Shown: positions 12,808 to 28,137 of the stretch, one piece after another
Numbering within the stretch: the first letter of the stretch is position 1
Layout: the number at the start of each line of letters is the position of its first letter
NCBI GenBank assembly: GCA_964016885.1
Contig: OZ024742.1
Span: forward strand, 160,456,001-160,520,000
Reading direction: 5' to 3'
Source: Eledone cirrhosa
Taxonomy: Eukaryota
DNA: 64,000 bases
Translations under genes and position numbers: made by a program
The notes under the pieces: generated by a model
What the model was told of the DNA's origin: nothing
The model's database searches: none
What the model saw: the letters and a program-made list of their open reading frames with translations, nothing else

Positions 12808-13618
12808 TTTGCTTTGATAATTGTAATTATTGTGAAACCCCAGGTATTGGTCTCAATCAGAACATTTTTTCTACAAACCTATCATCACTTTACAATCTTC
12901 CAGCTGTTGTTTTTATTACTCTTGACGTTCTCTGCTGTTGTTGTTGCTATTATTGCTGTTAATGTTCTTGATGTAATTGTTGTTATTATTGTTGCTGATG
13001 TTGTTTTTGTTGTTACTTCTGTCAACATTCAAATTCCTGTTTTTTCTTCTACTTTCATCAACGTTACTTTGCTCCTCCTAATTTCATAGTTCTTTCTAAA
13101 ATATTTTGTTCTGAAAGTCATTTAGATTTTAATTAATATTCACCAACCTTGTCATGCGGCTTTTATAGACCTGTCACTTGTATTATTAAACACTGGTTTC
13201 GCTATTTATTAACAATGTCAGACACATTTGATTTTTGGAGGCTTTGTTTCTTTTTTCAATAATTGGAAATCTCCTTTAGAAATATTTCCGAGTTACTCTT
13301 TTAATACCAAACAGCCTGAAACTGCTCGGGGTTCTACTATACAAAACTGACGCTCCAACCTTTCATCATATATATATATATATATACACGGTAAACGAGT
13401 AAAGAGAAAAATCTGCTAAATGTGAGCACACACACGCACACACACATATATACACACACGCATGTATATATTCATGTATACATATATATATTCACATACG
13501 CACACATATATATTTAGGGTCTGCGGTACTGAGACCGAGTAACCCACTAATAACAGGAGTACTCATTCCATGAAGAGATGCAGAGTGGGTATAGATGTCT
13601 CTCTCCCTTTCTCTCTCT

Positions 13619-13663
<45 letters not shown>

Positions 13664-13816
13664 GTATATATATATATATATATATAATGTAGGTGGTGAG
13701 TTTTATTGTAGCGCAATAAAGCAATGCAGATATCGGATAAGTAGCATTCAACAGTTTGTAGGACTGGAGTATAAATAATATAAAATCAAAAGATGGTTAA
13801 AAGAGTTCCATGTATT

Positions 13817-13879
13817 TTATTATGCGCATTTCAAAAACAAATATCATCATGGGATGATATTTACGTTCTCATCAGATAA
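13817..13879 (-). ncRNA. Minimal hammerhead ribozyme (TGCGCA family) in a pLTR-like fragment (~13770-14400)
   Basis: Minus strand: ttat-CTGATGA-gaacgtaaatatcatcccatgatgatatttgttttt-GAAA-tgcgca-TA-ataa. Flanks are homologous to 8222-8520. Confidence 0.85.
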
Positions 13880-15517
13880 CATAGAGAGACATGATATGAA
13901 GTTTAAAAAATACTTGCAAGCAGTGAAGTGTTAAATCAACATATGAAAAATAAAATAAGATGGATATATGAGATTGGAAAAAAGGAAAAGAAGGGGGGGA
14001 AGGAAAAGGTAAGGAAGAGGAAGAAAGAATATAGATAGAAGAAAAATATATAATATTAATGAAAGGATGACGGAGGAGGAGTATAAGAAGGAAGGATGAG
14101 AGAGGAGGAGAAAATGAGTGAGAGAGAGAGAGATAACCTAATACTGAGAAACACTGTCTCACAGAGAAAAATAAAAAAAAAAACCGTTGTAAGATAATAC
14201 ATAATTTAAAAAATTAAGAAATTAAAAGTTAATGAGGTTTATGAATGGTGATGCTTTTGATTAAAGAAAAAGGAATTAAGAATACTATTTATTTAAGGTT
14301 TATATATTGAAGGGTTTAATAAGAAGGGTTTAATAAGATGTATGTATCTTTGTATTTTTATCTTTGTATCCTGCTTTTATTTATTTGTGATTTTCTGCTT
14401 ATTAGTCCTAACTCAGGTCATTATGCACCATTCATAGCTCCCTACCCACCAAAGAACCACACTACTTATAACCCGGACTAACTGGGACTTAAAAATAATT
14501 ATAGTCTATTGGCCCTTTTTCATTGGGTTTTACCACTTTCGACTGATGTGGTGGATTTCCCGGCTGTGCGCCGGGCGCTCGGAAAGTTCAGCCTTCCTTG
14601 AGTGCTTGGAAAAATAAATTTTCCCCTCTTTTGGTAAACGAAACTACTCGGAGCAGTTAGATTTGCCCCGGGACCCGCCGCACCGCCTGTTTTGACCGCC
14701 ACATTAAACTCATACCTATAGACTCTAGGCTTAGGCATAACTGTTAGCTGTATCATGCCTCCCTCTGCTGGCACGTAAATAAACCCCTCCTGTGTGAATT
14801 AATAGTATTGGTTTGGTATAGACGATGGCCTGTAGAAGCTGGTTGACTTCCCGCTATCACACTCGGAGCCTACCGCAGTTACGTTCCTAGAGTACTCGGA
14901 AAATTAATTTCCATTTATTTCGCTAGACACTGGCTGACATGTGGTTAGGAGGTGCTGGCTGGGATTTACAATCGAAGGCTTTTATCTTTACTCTATATCC
15001 CACCTTGATAACTTATCGAGATTCCCTATAATACACTTAAACTTTTTCATATAAGACTCTCTCTGTAATTTCATTAAATAAATCTCGCAACACAAACCTT
15101 TAATTTTTTCTATTAATTTTCTAATAATTTAATTTCATCCTATAACTCTTAACATAAGTTAACGTTCCAATTTTCTGTTCACACATTAGACCATACAGAC
15201 ACCCATATATATGCCTTTGTTAAAATATGGGTTCTTTGGAATAACATTTTTCGCGGCGTCTTCTAGCATGACTGTAGTGTGACCCTTACGATGACTTTTC
15301 TTCTTTCTTTCTTTCTTTCTTCTCTTTTTTTATTCTCTGACGGAGAGGTGGCAGTACATTATAAGCCTTCGCCCCCTCACCAGATGGTCATTAGTAGAAC
15401 GAGTTTCCATCACTTGAGGGCGACTGACCGATGTGAAAGCAGCTGGTTGGTCAGTCGTCTTCTCTGTCTCTGATTTTCGGACCCATGGATTTTATATATT
15501 CCTTTGTTATATTTCGA

Positions 15518-15575
15518 ATACCTGATGATATCACCTGATTCAGACGGAATCCGGTCATTGAAATGATCATAATAT
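15518..15575 (+). ncRNA. Minimal hammerhead ribozyme (TGATCA family)
   Basis: atac-CTGATGA-tatcacctgattcagacggaatccggtcatt-GAAA-tgatca-TA-atat; stems I and II are imperfect. Confidence 0.6.
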
Positions 15576-15679
15576 AATAAACTTTTCAAGGATTTACACC
15601 AGTCCAGCCTCCTGTTATTTTATATATATATATATATATATATCAAAAAATGGCGTGCTGCGTGGTTGCAAATGGGTTA

Positions 15680-16197
15680 CATATGAATAAAATTAGTCCT
15701 TCATCAGTGATCTTCCAATCTTCATTGGTATTTCATCGCTTTAAAGACCATATACCTCCGGTTGGTGCGAGCAACGGCTAAAGAAAGTCGTTGGGACACG
15801 TAAATAAGGGGAACGAGCGAGACTGTAAACAATCAAAGATGGTAATGCAACGAAAAGTGAGGAAGAAGGAGTCAAGTCCCTGAAATCGGTGAACATAAGT
15901 TCTGTGAAATCGTAGACGAGAGAGAATAAAGAACAACCGACCTGGTCAAAGAGTGCCTGAGGAAAGAATTTCGCACAACGGGAGGAAGTAGGAGAGGGAG
16001 TAGCAGAGAGTGAATGAGTGAAAGGTGAGGAATTACCATCTTTGATTGTTTACAATCTCGCTCATTCCCCTTATTTACGTGTCCCAACGACTTTCTTTAA
16101 CCGTTGCTCGCACCAACCTGAGGTATATGGTCTTTAAAGCGATGAAATACCAATGATGGTTGGAAGATCACTGATGAAGGAGTAATTTTATTCATAT
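15680..16197. repeat. Fold-back inverted repeat (~165-bp arms, ~185-bp spacer)
   Basis: atatgaataaaattagtccttcatcagtgatcttccaa...aaacaatcaaagatggtaat versus attaccatctttgattgttt...ttggaagatcactgatgaaggagtaattttattcatat. Confidence 0.9.
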
Positions 16198-16504
16198 ATA
16201 TATATATATATACGATGGACTTCTGTAGTTACCTTCTACGAAATTTCACTCAAAAGTCAACCCGTGGCTATAGTAGAAAACACACGTCCGAGGTACCGCG
16301 CAGCTTGACTGAATCCTGAACCACGTGGTTACAAATTGAATAGAAAATAAAAAAGGAATATAAAAGCCGAGCTTGCGGCAGTGTGTCTGAGCCAGAGTTA
16401 AGTGACATTAAAGACTCCAAACCGTAATAAATAAATAAATAAATAAATGAATAAAATGAGCAACTTATATTTGGTGTGCAGCTGTGTGAAATTAATTTAC
16501 TTAT

Positions 16505-17602
<1,098 letters not shown>

Positions 17603-17769
17603 CATTGCAAAGTTAACCTCGGCGGGATTTGAACTCAGACCGTAAAGGACGGTAACTCTATGCTGCAAAGCATGGTGTCCGACTCTGCCAATAATAGTAA
17701 TGATTTCCTTATTAACCACGAAGGGTTTACACCAATAAGGTCATTATGACGGTGCAGGACGAAAACACA

Positions 17770-18265
17770 GAGAGTGTGTGTGTGTGTAAGTGTGTTGGTG
17801 TGTGTGTGTGTGCGTGTGTAAATGTGGTGGTGGTGTGTGTGTGTGTAAGTGTGGTGGTGTGTGTGTGTGTGCGTGTGTAAATGTGGTGGTGGTGTGTGTG
17901 TGTGTGCGTGTGTAAATGTGGTGGTGTGTGTGTGTGTGTAAGTGTGTAAATGTGGTGGTGGTGTGTGTGTGTGTAAGTGTGGTGGTGTGTGTGTGTGTGC
18001 GTGTGTAAATGTGGTGGTTGTGTGTGTGTAAGTGTGGTGGTGTGTGTGTGTGTGTGTAAGTGTGGTGGTGGTGTGTGTGTGTGTGTGTAAGTGTGGTGGT
18101 GGTGTGTGTGTGTGTGTGTAAGTGTGGTGGTGGTGTGTGTGTAAGTGTGGTGGTGGTGTGTGTGTGTGTGTGTAAGTGTGGTGGTTGTGTGTGTGTAAGT
18201 GTGGTGGTGTGTGTGTGTAAGTGTGGTGGTGGTGTGTGTGTGTGTGTGTAAGTGTGGTGGTGTGT
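17770..18265. repeat. GT-rich minisatellite (aagtgtggtggtg(tg)n units)
   Basis: Direct inspection. Confidence 0.92.
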
Positions 18266-18519
18266 GGGTTTGGCGTGTAAAGAAGTTTTAACAATGTTAA
18301 AAAAGAAAGATAACAATACAAATTAAAACAAAGGGGTTTCCTCAATAGGGAGGAGACGTTCGAGGGTCACTCGTGCAAAACCCCCCATAAAACCATGGCT
18401 GCCCTGATCTCTAGGGCAAGTGCCCCGTCCCAGTTGTTCTCAAATAATAATGACGATGACGATGATAATGATGATGAGGAGGAGGAGGAGGAGGAGGAGG
18501 ATTATAATGATAATAATAA

Positions 18520-18730
18520 AGCTTTCTAGTATAGGCACAAGGCCAGCAATTTTGGGGGAGGCGAAAGTCGATTAAATCGACCCTAGTACTTTACTGGTAC
18601 TTTATTTTATCGACCCCGTAAGGATGAAAAGCTAAGTTAACCTCGGCGGGATTTGAACCATAAAGGGCCGTAACTCTATGCGTCAAAGCATGGCGTCCGA
18701 CCCTCTACCGATACTGCCAATCCACCGTCA
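18520..18730 (-). mobile_element. tRNA-derived SINE, family 1
   Basis: ggcacaaggccagcaatt..ctggtactttattttatcgaccccgtaaggatgaaa..cctcggcgggatttgaa..ctctaccgatactgccaatccaccg. Confidence 0.85.
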
Positions 18731-19375
18731 TAATAATTAATAATAATAATAATAATATTGATAATGCTTTCTTTAATGATAATGATAATGATGATATACG
18801 AATTGACGCCACCAAAATAAAACACACGACGCGGGACTATAACTAGTATAGACATAAAAAAACGATAACCATAACAAAAACTCACATTATAATAATGGAA
18901 ATAAAATAAAGAAAGAAAATATATTTACAGCATCAGACACAAAAATTACATAACATTACACAGTCTGTTGCCTGTAAATGCTCATAGATTTTTTATTTTA
19001 AATTGCAGACAATTGTATAGTGTTTTACTATAGAAATTACGAACAAACGGAGAAATTAGCTTCACACGAACGTCACACACGTAAAACATATTGCGTGCAA
19101 TTTATGTGTATTCTTTCATTCTTCTGTTTCAATTTTGTTTTACTTGTTTCAGTCATTGGACGGAGATTATTATATTCTTTTATTATTTTTTTTATTTTAT
19201 TTTATTTTTTAAACTCATTTTCAGTCATTGGCCTGAAGGGTATGCTAGGATGCCGCTTTGTATATACAAATATATATGTATTGTCTATATATGTCTAAAA
19301 AAAAAAAAAATATATATATATATATATATAGTGACGAAACATAAGTCAATTGCATGAACTCATAATCCTTTATTT

Positions 19376-19433
19376 ACTGCTATATATATATTTCGATGAT
19401 AGCCATTGAATGGCTATGACCTCATCAGGCAGT
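19376..19433 (-). ncRNA. Hammerhead ribozyme, inverted copy of 12066-12121
   Basis: Segment ~19330-19500 is the reverse complement of ~11995-12168. The core is intact, with one extra TA in stem III. Confidence 0.88.
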
Positions 19434-19697
19434 TAGTTAGTTCTTAGATATGCCAGCTCTGTGTTTATGGTGTTGATGGTATCAGAGCCATGGGACATAT
19501 ATATATATATATATATTCGTGAAATTAATAAACATTCGTTGTGCTGCCTCTCTGTTTTGTCCCTGTTCAAATTTGTCCATTATATATATATATATGTGTG
19601 TATATAGTGCAAATTTGGACGGGAACAAAACAGAGAGGCAGACAAATAAAGGTTTATTAGGTTTACGCGCGTGAGAGTGGGTGGGGGGGGGGGGGGG

Positions 19698-19727
19698 CGT
19701 TTCGGGCATAAGCCCTTCTTCAGGAGA
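19698..19727 (-). ncRNA. Partial hammerhead core
   Basis: Minus strand: tctc-CTGAAGA-agggcttatgccc-GAAA-cg, then interrupted by a poly-C tract. Confidence 0.6.
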
Positions 19728-20186
19728 AAATAGGTTAGGAAGACAGTTCCGAGGGTGTGTGGAGGAGGGGTGGAAATACATTTAGAAAAAAGGGGGAAGG
19801 AGAACAAATGAAAATAAACGTAAAAATAAACATAAAAATAAACAATAAAGTGAACAAGTGGTGGAAGGGTGTGAGGCGTTTAAGGGTGGCGGCGGGTGGA
19901 GTTGGGAGAGGGAGGCGGGGGTCGAAGCGGGGAAGGCTGAAGGTGGTGTTTGTGTATGTGTGTAGGTGTACGTGTGTGTGTGTGCGTGTGTATGTGAATG
20001 TGAGAGTTGGAGGAAGAACGAGGTTCCATGTTCAGGAAAAGGTGTGTGCGTGGGGTGTGGTGTAAGTCGGTGTGTGCGTGCGTGTGGAAGGAGAGGGGTC
20101 AGGGGGTGGGGGAGGGGGCGTGTGGATTCCGGAGGTTGAGTGTGTATATGTGGGGGTACGCACGTGTGTGTTTGTCTTTATACATT

Positions 20187-20231
<45 letters not shown>

Positions 20232-20429
20232 AATTGCGACAGTGACAGAAACGGGAACTTAAATTTCGTTGGGTTCAGAACCTAACGAAATTTAAGTATC
20301 TGTTTATGCTACTGTTGTAATTATTCATATTAAACTCATCCTATGGACTAAATGCCCTTGGATATTTCTACCAAACTTTTACTACAGAATATATACATAT
20401 TATATATATATTATATATATATAAACAAA

Positions 20430-20589
20430 GAGGGTGTGGTAAGGAACCATTTCGACCTTACTCGATACTTGGGGTAGTAGAGTGGGTAATATGAAATGAT
20501 TCAGAACCCCGACGGCTGAGCTTCGGCCGTTTCGACAGCTAGATCTAACTGTCGAAAAGGCCGGAGTTCAGCCGTCTGGTCCTGAATCA

Positions 20590-20595
<6 letters not shown>
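20430..20595. mobile_element. Fold-back element with the 3' half of an HHR (relatives at 2700-2860, 32190-32305, 59240-59440)
   Basis: gacggctgagcttcggccgtttcgacagctagatctaactgtcgaaaaggccggagttcagccgtc. One arm reads GAAA-cggc-loop-gccg-TC-gggg. Confidence 0.7.
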
Positions 20596-20677
<82 letters not shown>

Positions 20678-20917
20678 GTGGTTTTGTCTTTGCGTGTAAT
20701 TGTTCTCAACGCTCCACATAATGACGTATTATCTTCGTTTTTTTTCGTTCATTGCCAGGGAATGTCTTCACGAACCAAAGTATCGTCTTCCTATTTTCCT
20801 TCGGTTGCAACCTTTTTCGAAATATTTACTTCTGCGTTCACAGATTGATTTTTTTAGTTTCAGAAGATCCCGTTAAGGATGAAAGTAGGGATTCTTTGCT
20901 TCAACTTTAATCTGTTA

Positions 20918-21030
<113 letters not shown>

Positions 21031-21925
21031 TGGATCACCTCGTATAGCCTTCCTGCATGCATATATGATATCCATAGATATCATATATGCAGGGCTAGAT
21101 CGAAGGGACGGCAAAACGTTAGACAACATGATAACCTTCCTGTCCGCGGTGCTAGGTCCTCATCTGGGATGCTACATGATGTGACGCCATCTCTAGCAGC
21201 AGCCTGGTGCGTTCGGCTAGCAGCCAAGGCATTGCTGCCAACCAGGTCGAAGAATGCAAAATATGCAAGTATCATTCTCTGATAGGTTTGTGGTTGGCCT
21301 GTAACAGGACCACATCCTTAATCACGGCTAACAGAGGGGAGTTGGCTTCCCGCAGGGGCGAGCCCCGCAAGGTAGAGTTGCTGATCCAGCGCACCCCCTT
21401 CGCCGTCCCCCCGGGCAATGTATTCTCCATTCCGTCGGCTTGGACCAAGAGGTGGAATGTTAAATAGCTGGAGGTGGGGGGTACTGGTTCGCATATCATG
21501 CATATACATACATACACACATACAAGTTTGAAGTACCTAAAAGTATTTTATAATCCTCTTATATCATTAGAATCGACATACATTCGTGTATGTAGCTAGA
21601 ATTGAAAAGAAATGGTTAACTTCTGCTGTGTCACCAGAGGTCACGCTTCATATATAACGAGCTCCTTTATATTGTACCTTCTGAAATATATTTATTGGAA
21701 TACTCATTATTTAATTGGATTTATGATTATTTCAAGTGACCAAGGCAAAGAGGCTCGTATATCCTGGTGGTATTGTGTGGTAGAAGCACCGCTGTGACAT
21801 ACAGTGAGTTTTGGGCATTTAAAACTGGTGAACCCCAACCCTCTGCGGGTCTGAACAGAGTCAAGTTCTTCCTGAGAAAGAAAGACAGAGAGAAGAAGAG
21901 AGAGATGGAGGGTGAGGGAGAGAGC

Positions 21926-22000
<75 letters not shown>

Positions 22001-22344
22001 TGTGTGTGTGGGTGTGTGTGTGCGTGTGCGTGTGTGTGTGTGAGTGTGTGTATTTTAGCAAGTTTGATAGTGAGAAAGAAAAATACAAGACTCGACCCCC
22101 AGGACTGGACTGGTACTATAATTATCAGACTTGAAATGATGAAAGGTAAAGTGTACTTCGGCGAGATTTTAACTCAATGCGTAGAGAGTCGAAACAAATA
22201 ATGCAAAGCAGTTTATATTACGTGCCAACGTCTCTGCTAATTCGCCACATAGACTTGTAGTAAAGTCTCTCTAAATGTTCTCTGCTTTAGATGGCAGTTG
22301 TTATTTATACGTCCACAGACGGTTTGCAAATGTTATAGGCTCAG

Positions 22345-22632
22345 CAAGCTTCAAACTAGTACAGCGTTCCTTTGTCAGTGTTGAACAAACGAGCAACGGT
22401 GGTTGATAGACACTACGGCTTAATACGGGATGTTTGTTTACAAACACACCGAGCATTATAATAAATGTTTGGTGAATCCATACGTACATATATATATATA
22501 TGTGTGCATGTATGTATATATATATACATAATACTGTACCTCTGTATATGTATGTACGTATACATACTTATATTTAAGTAACAGCCGTACTAAGAGTGGG
22601 AAATGAAATTTCGTTTCATTTTTTCCGTTTAT
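22345..22632 (+). mobile_element. Fragment of the ~420-bp HHR repeat, beginning inside the ribozyme
   Basis: aagcttcaaactagtacagcgttcctttgtcagtgttgaac...aacagccgtactaagagtgggaaatgaaatttcgtttc. Confidence 0.85.
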
Positions 22633-24399
22633 ATATATATATGTATATATCGGTATATGTACATACGTATATATATACGTATATGTACATACACATATAG
22701 ACACACTTGCGTATACACACAGAAACACACAAACCCAGCTACATCGACTTTATTTCAAAACGCACATAAAAAAGGTCCATTACTTATACAAACATACATA
22801 CGCCAACACCTGCAACCCCCTTACACCCCAATATATATATCTATATATTTATTATTAGTACAGATTAAAAGTTTAAGCAATGAATTTCTGCTTTCACATA
22901 GGTAACTGTTGTAATGAGGGAGACAATAAGTAGTTATTCTATTGCTATAAATTGTTCTACTTTTATCCCAGTACATTACTGGTACTTTATTTTATCGACC
23001 CCGTAAGGATGAAAGGCAAAGTTAACCTCGGCGGGATTTGAGCCAATTGCAACCAAATTTGCCCAAAATGACACATACACATAAAAAGAGGGGACGGCAA
23101 CAGTTGGAATGCCTTCGATCTTAATGCGGCTCCATCAGGGTTCACCTGGCTCATCCAACAACAAGGGAGGGGGCCTGTACATTTTGCTTGACCTGCTGCG
23201 ATCAATAACCAAATTTGTTTTCTTGAATTATAACTGACTATCTGAAACAAATAGATATATTGGGTCCAATATATATTATTTCAAGAAAAAAAGCGCAATA
23301 ATGGAGTGTATGGTCATTTCTGGAGCGGCTTGGATTATTAGTTTGCTGTACTAACAACAACAAAAACACCATTAACATGCACATTGACACGTCTACATGA
23401 AACAGAGGAAAAAATTATAGCAGGTAGATTTATACAGAGAGAGAGAGGGCGGAGAGAGAGAGCGAGAGACAGCGAGAGAAAGAGAGAGAGACAGCAAGAG
23501 AGAGAGCGAGAGAGAGAGAGAGACAGCGAGAGAGAGAGAGAGGGAAGGGAGAGAGTGTGTGTGTAAGTGTGTATGTGTGAGAGGGAGATAGTGTGTGCGA
23601 GTGTGAGAGAGAGTGTGTGTGTGTGTGTATGTGAGAGAGAGAGAGAGAGAGAGTGTGTGTGCTTGTGTGAGAGAGAGCGTGTGTAAGAGAAAGAGAAAGA
23701 GAAAGAGAGTGAGAGAGAGTGTTTGTGTGTGTAAGAGAGAGGGAGAGAGAGAACATACACTCACATACACACGCAAACAGACAAAACACACACTCATACA
23801 CACACGCACTCACATACACACACATACACACATACGCACAATCACCTTCACGCACACGCAGATACAGAGGCACGTACACACACATTCGCACACAGTCACG
23901 GAAACACACAAACAGAGATAAAAAACACATACTTATACATGCAAATTCACACAAATACACACTCATACAGATTTACGCACACATATACATTCACACACGC
24001 TCACATAAACGCAGATACAAAAAATACATACTCATACATGCGCACTCAGACACGTACACACTCATACATATTTACACACACAAACACACATATATAAACA
24101 CTCACACAAGCAGACACACATATACTCATACACAAACACATACAAACACACACACACATACTCGCACATACACACACAAAGACAAACACATACATACATG
24201 CAAACATACTGACGTATACAAACACATTGTCGTACACACACACATACAACCACGAAACAAATACACATACACGCGTATACACATACACATGAACATGAAC
24301 ACACATGCACGCACATACACAAATATAGATACTCATACACACACAAATATACCCACATACACACAGACGCAAACATACAGAAAAAATACAGACACACAC

Positions 24400-24780
24400 A
24401 CACAAATACACACACACACATAAATACAAACACACATACACACACATACGCACACATATGAACAAAAACACAAATACACGCAAAAACACAAATACACACA
24501 AACAAAAATACTCATATACACACAAATACACACACACACATAAATACAAACACACATACACACACATACGCACACATATGAACAAAAACACAAATACACG
24601 CAAAAACACAAATACACACAAACAAAAATACTCATACACACACAAATACACACACACACATAAATACAAACATACATACACGCACATATGCACACACATG
24701 AACAAAAACACACATACACGTAAAAACACAAACATACACAAACACAAATACTCATACACACACACAAACATACATACACA
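24400..24780. repeat. CA-rich 120-bp tandem repeat (~3 copies) inside a low-complexity tract
   Basis: taaatacaaaca recurs at 24421, 24541 and 24661 with near-identical intervening sequence. Confidence 0.9.
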
Positions 24781-25067
24781 CACAAATACACAGACACACA
24801 CATACACACACATTCACACACACACACACAAGCACACTCACACGTGTCTATTGCGACTGTTTAAAATACATATCAATCATATACTAAAGTTATCCAAGAG
24901 AAGTCGTTTGTTACAATTGGTATTGACACCAGGATGACAATGTTTTCGATTTCATTGTCAACAGAATTTATACACACACACACACACCCCACACACACAT
25001 ATGCACACACACACATACATACACATACACACACACACACAACATACCCACACACACATGCACGCAC

Positions 25068-25110
<43 letters not shown>

Positions 25111-25177
25111 TACTCACACGTACATAGAGGTAAACATATGTACACAAACACATACGCAAGCAGGCACACATACACAG

Positions 25178-25220
<43 letters not shown>

Positions 25221-25259
25221 AACAGGATATTTTATATATATTATGTATATTATATTATT

Positions 25260-25343
<84 letters not shown>

Positions 25344-25376
25344 ATATACATAATATATATAATATATATACATATA

Positions 25377-26295
25377 CGAGGGTAATCCCAAAAGTAAGGT
25401 CTCCAAAGCGAAGGGGACGCAGAGAAACTGTTCGTACGGCTGTTGACAACAATGTTGTGATTGGTGCTCCCTTCACTCCCAAAAGAAGCATGCGCTCATT
25501 TCGCTGGGATGCTCAATCTTGGCTTGGCTGCCGTTGAAAATGGAGCTCCCATTGAACGTTAGCGCCAAGTGCGAAGTTCGCGCAGTTATTCGGTTTTTGA
25601 ACGCAAAAAGCGTTGAACCGATTGAAATTCATCGCCAATTGACGGAAGTGTATGGACAGTCATGCATGGATGTCAAAAACGTTCGCAAGTGGTGTAGAGA
25701 GTTTACAGCCGGTCGTACTGAAATTCACGACGGACAAAGGAGCGGGAGACCGTCAATTTCCGACGAGACAGTCGCAAAGGTTGAGGAAAACATGCATAAA
25801 GATCGGCGGATCACTCTGGATGCACTCTGCATTTTGGTTCCTGAGGTTTCCGAAGCACCATCCACAGGATTTTAACGGAAAAGTTGCAATATCGGAAGGT
25901 GTGCGCAAGATGGGTGCCACGAATGCTGACAGAAGACCACAAACGGCAACGAGTTGATTCTTCCTGCGAATTTCACCCACCCACTTTATATACCGGACTT
26001 GGCACCCAGTGACTACCACCTGTTCCCTAAGTTGAAAGAACATTTGGCCGGAAGTCGATTCTGCTTCGACGAAGAGGTGAAAGATGAGGTTCAACACTTC
26101 CTGGAGGACATGGCGGTGAGCTGGTATGACCTGGGCATACAAAAATTGCCACAGCGTCTACAAAAATGCATCGACCGAAATGGCGATTACGTAGAAAAAT
26201 AAAGAATTGTTCAACCTTTAAAATGATGTAAATATTATAGAAAATAAACGGTTGTTTTTATTTCTAAAAAAAGGGAGACCATACTTTTGCCCTCG
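25377..26295 (+). mobile_element. Internally deleted mariner DNA transposon
   Basis: TA-flanked TIRs CGAGGGtaatcccAAAAGTAAGGTCTCC / GGAGACCATACTTTTGCCCTCG, enclosing a transposase remnant. Confidence 0.93.
25540..26202 (+). pseudogene. Mariner transposase pseudogene
   Basis: HTH region (EVRAVIRFL..RSGRP), a frameshift, WVPRMLTEDHKRQR, then a jump to HPLYIPDLAPSDYHLFPKLKEHL..GDYVEK. The central catalytic segment is missing. Confidence 0.92.
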
Positions 26296-26454
<159 letters not shown>

Positions 26455-26689
26455 ACAGAGAGAAAGAGACAATTATGAGGAAGAAAAATATTTTTTTTTC
26501 CTTTTTTGTTTCTCTCTCTCTTTTTTCTGGGTTAGAAAATGATTAAAACGAAATGTTTTACTTTGTGTGAAGTGTTAAGGTATTAGTTGATTTATTTATT
26601 ATTTAACAATGGCATTTATTTATCTATTTATATATTTATATATCTATTTATATATTTATATATTTTAATTCCTCTCCACATTTTATTAT

Positions 26690-26759
<70 letters not shown>

Positions 26760-27180
26760 GTGTATACACACTCACACACACACACGCATATTTATACATA
26801 TATATATATTTATATATATGTATTTATGTGTCATATCATCACCGTTGTCTTAACGTCCGCTTTCCCTATAATGAATGTATATATACGTAATTATGTATAT
26901 ATATATATACGTAATTATGTATATATATATACGTAATAATGTATATATACGCATGCATATATACGTAATTAGATGTATGCACACATACATACATATAATT
27001 ACATACATACATACACACACATACATACGCATACATACATACATACACGCATACATACATACGCACATACATACACACATACATACATATATTGATATAT
27101 ACATACACACATACATAGACACATAGATACGCACATACATACATATATACATTCATACATACATATATACATACACACAG

Positions 27181-27225
<45 letters not shown>

Positions 27226-27494
27226 CATAGATGCAGTAGTGTGTTTTGATTTCAGAACTTAATGAAAACCTGCCATACACTGTCACATATGAAGACCTGT
27301 CAACAACCCGATATACATGTTTACTTTAGCAATGTCTGATAAATATATAACTAATTAATTGCTGTGTTATTCACCTTTAATTGATGATAATAGGCAGCGA
27401 ATTGATAGAACATCGCTTTGAATACTTCATGGCTTTTGTTCTGGTTATCTTTACTGTGGGTTCAAATCCACTAGTCAACATTGATTTCATTATT

Positions 27495-27715
27495 TCGAGG
27501 TGGATTGGCAGTATCGGTGGAGGGCCGGACGTCATGCTTTGCTGCATAGAGTTACGCTCTTTTATGATTTGAGTTCAAATCCCGCCGAGGTTAACTTTGC
27601 CTTTCATCCTTAAGGGGTCGATAAAATAAAGTACCAGTCACGTACTGGGGTCGATTTAATCGACTTTCCTCTCCCCCAAAATTGCTAGCCTTGTGCCTAT
27701 ATACAAAACAATTAT
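27495..27715 (+). mobile_element. tRNA-derived SINE, family 1 (near full length)
   Basis: ggtggattggcagtatcgg..gagttcaaatcccgccgaggttaactttgcctttcatccttaaggggtcgataaaataaagtaccag. Confidence 0.88.
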
Positions 27716-27926
27716 TTCGAGGTCATTAAATAAATTTCCAGTCCAATATAGGTGTCGATTCTTGTTCTATATCTTTTTCTCATATCAACCTCCCACATTT
27801 TCTCTCTATCTTCTGGAAGAGATCTGCTTTGTTTAGACTTGGAGCAGGATCAGCTTCGCCAGATTTTATATATTCCTGATACAAAATATCACTATTTTGT
27901 CCATACGACTCCATTATGAGTTAAGG

Positions 27927-28137
27927 CAGGCATGTCAAACTGATGGTTCCCCGAGGGCCACATGGGTCACATATGTGTTGTCTGACACGACAACTAATTG
28001 CGCGCATTACAACTAATTTTTTATATTTTATATTACGAAGATAAAGCAGGCTTGCGCTGTAAAAACCTTTGTGCGGGCCGCATGTGTACTTGTAAAGGGC
28101 TGCATGCGGCCCGCGGGCTGCATGTTTGGCATGCCTG
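27927..28137. mobile_element. hAT-type MITE
   Basis: TIRs CAGGCATGTCAAAC / GTTTGGCATGCCTG with an exact 8-bp target-site duplication (TSD) AGTTAAGG at 27919-27926 and 28138-28145. Confidence 0.92.

Noticed and set aside
16161-16197. CTGATGAagg in the arms of the 15680-16197 fold-back as an HHR
   Set aside because: No downstream stem II-GAAA-UH in either arm.
18332-18440. Possible HDV-like ribozyme (ggggttt..aaacccc)
   Set aside because: Could not assign P2, P3, P1.1 or J4/2.
23719-24937. 234-255-aa His/Thr or Cys/Val ORFs with 40-aa repeats
   Set aside because: CA-rich low-complexity DNA with a 120-bp tandem duplication; no coding signal.
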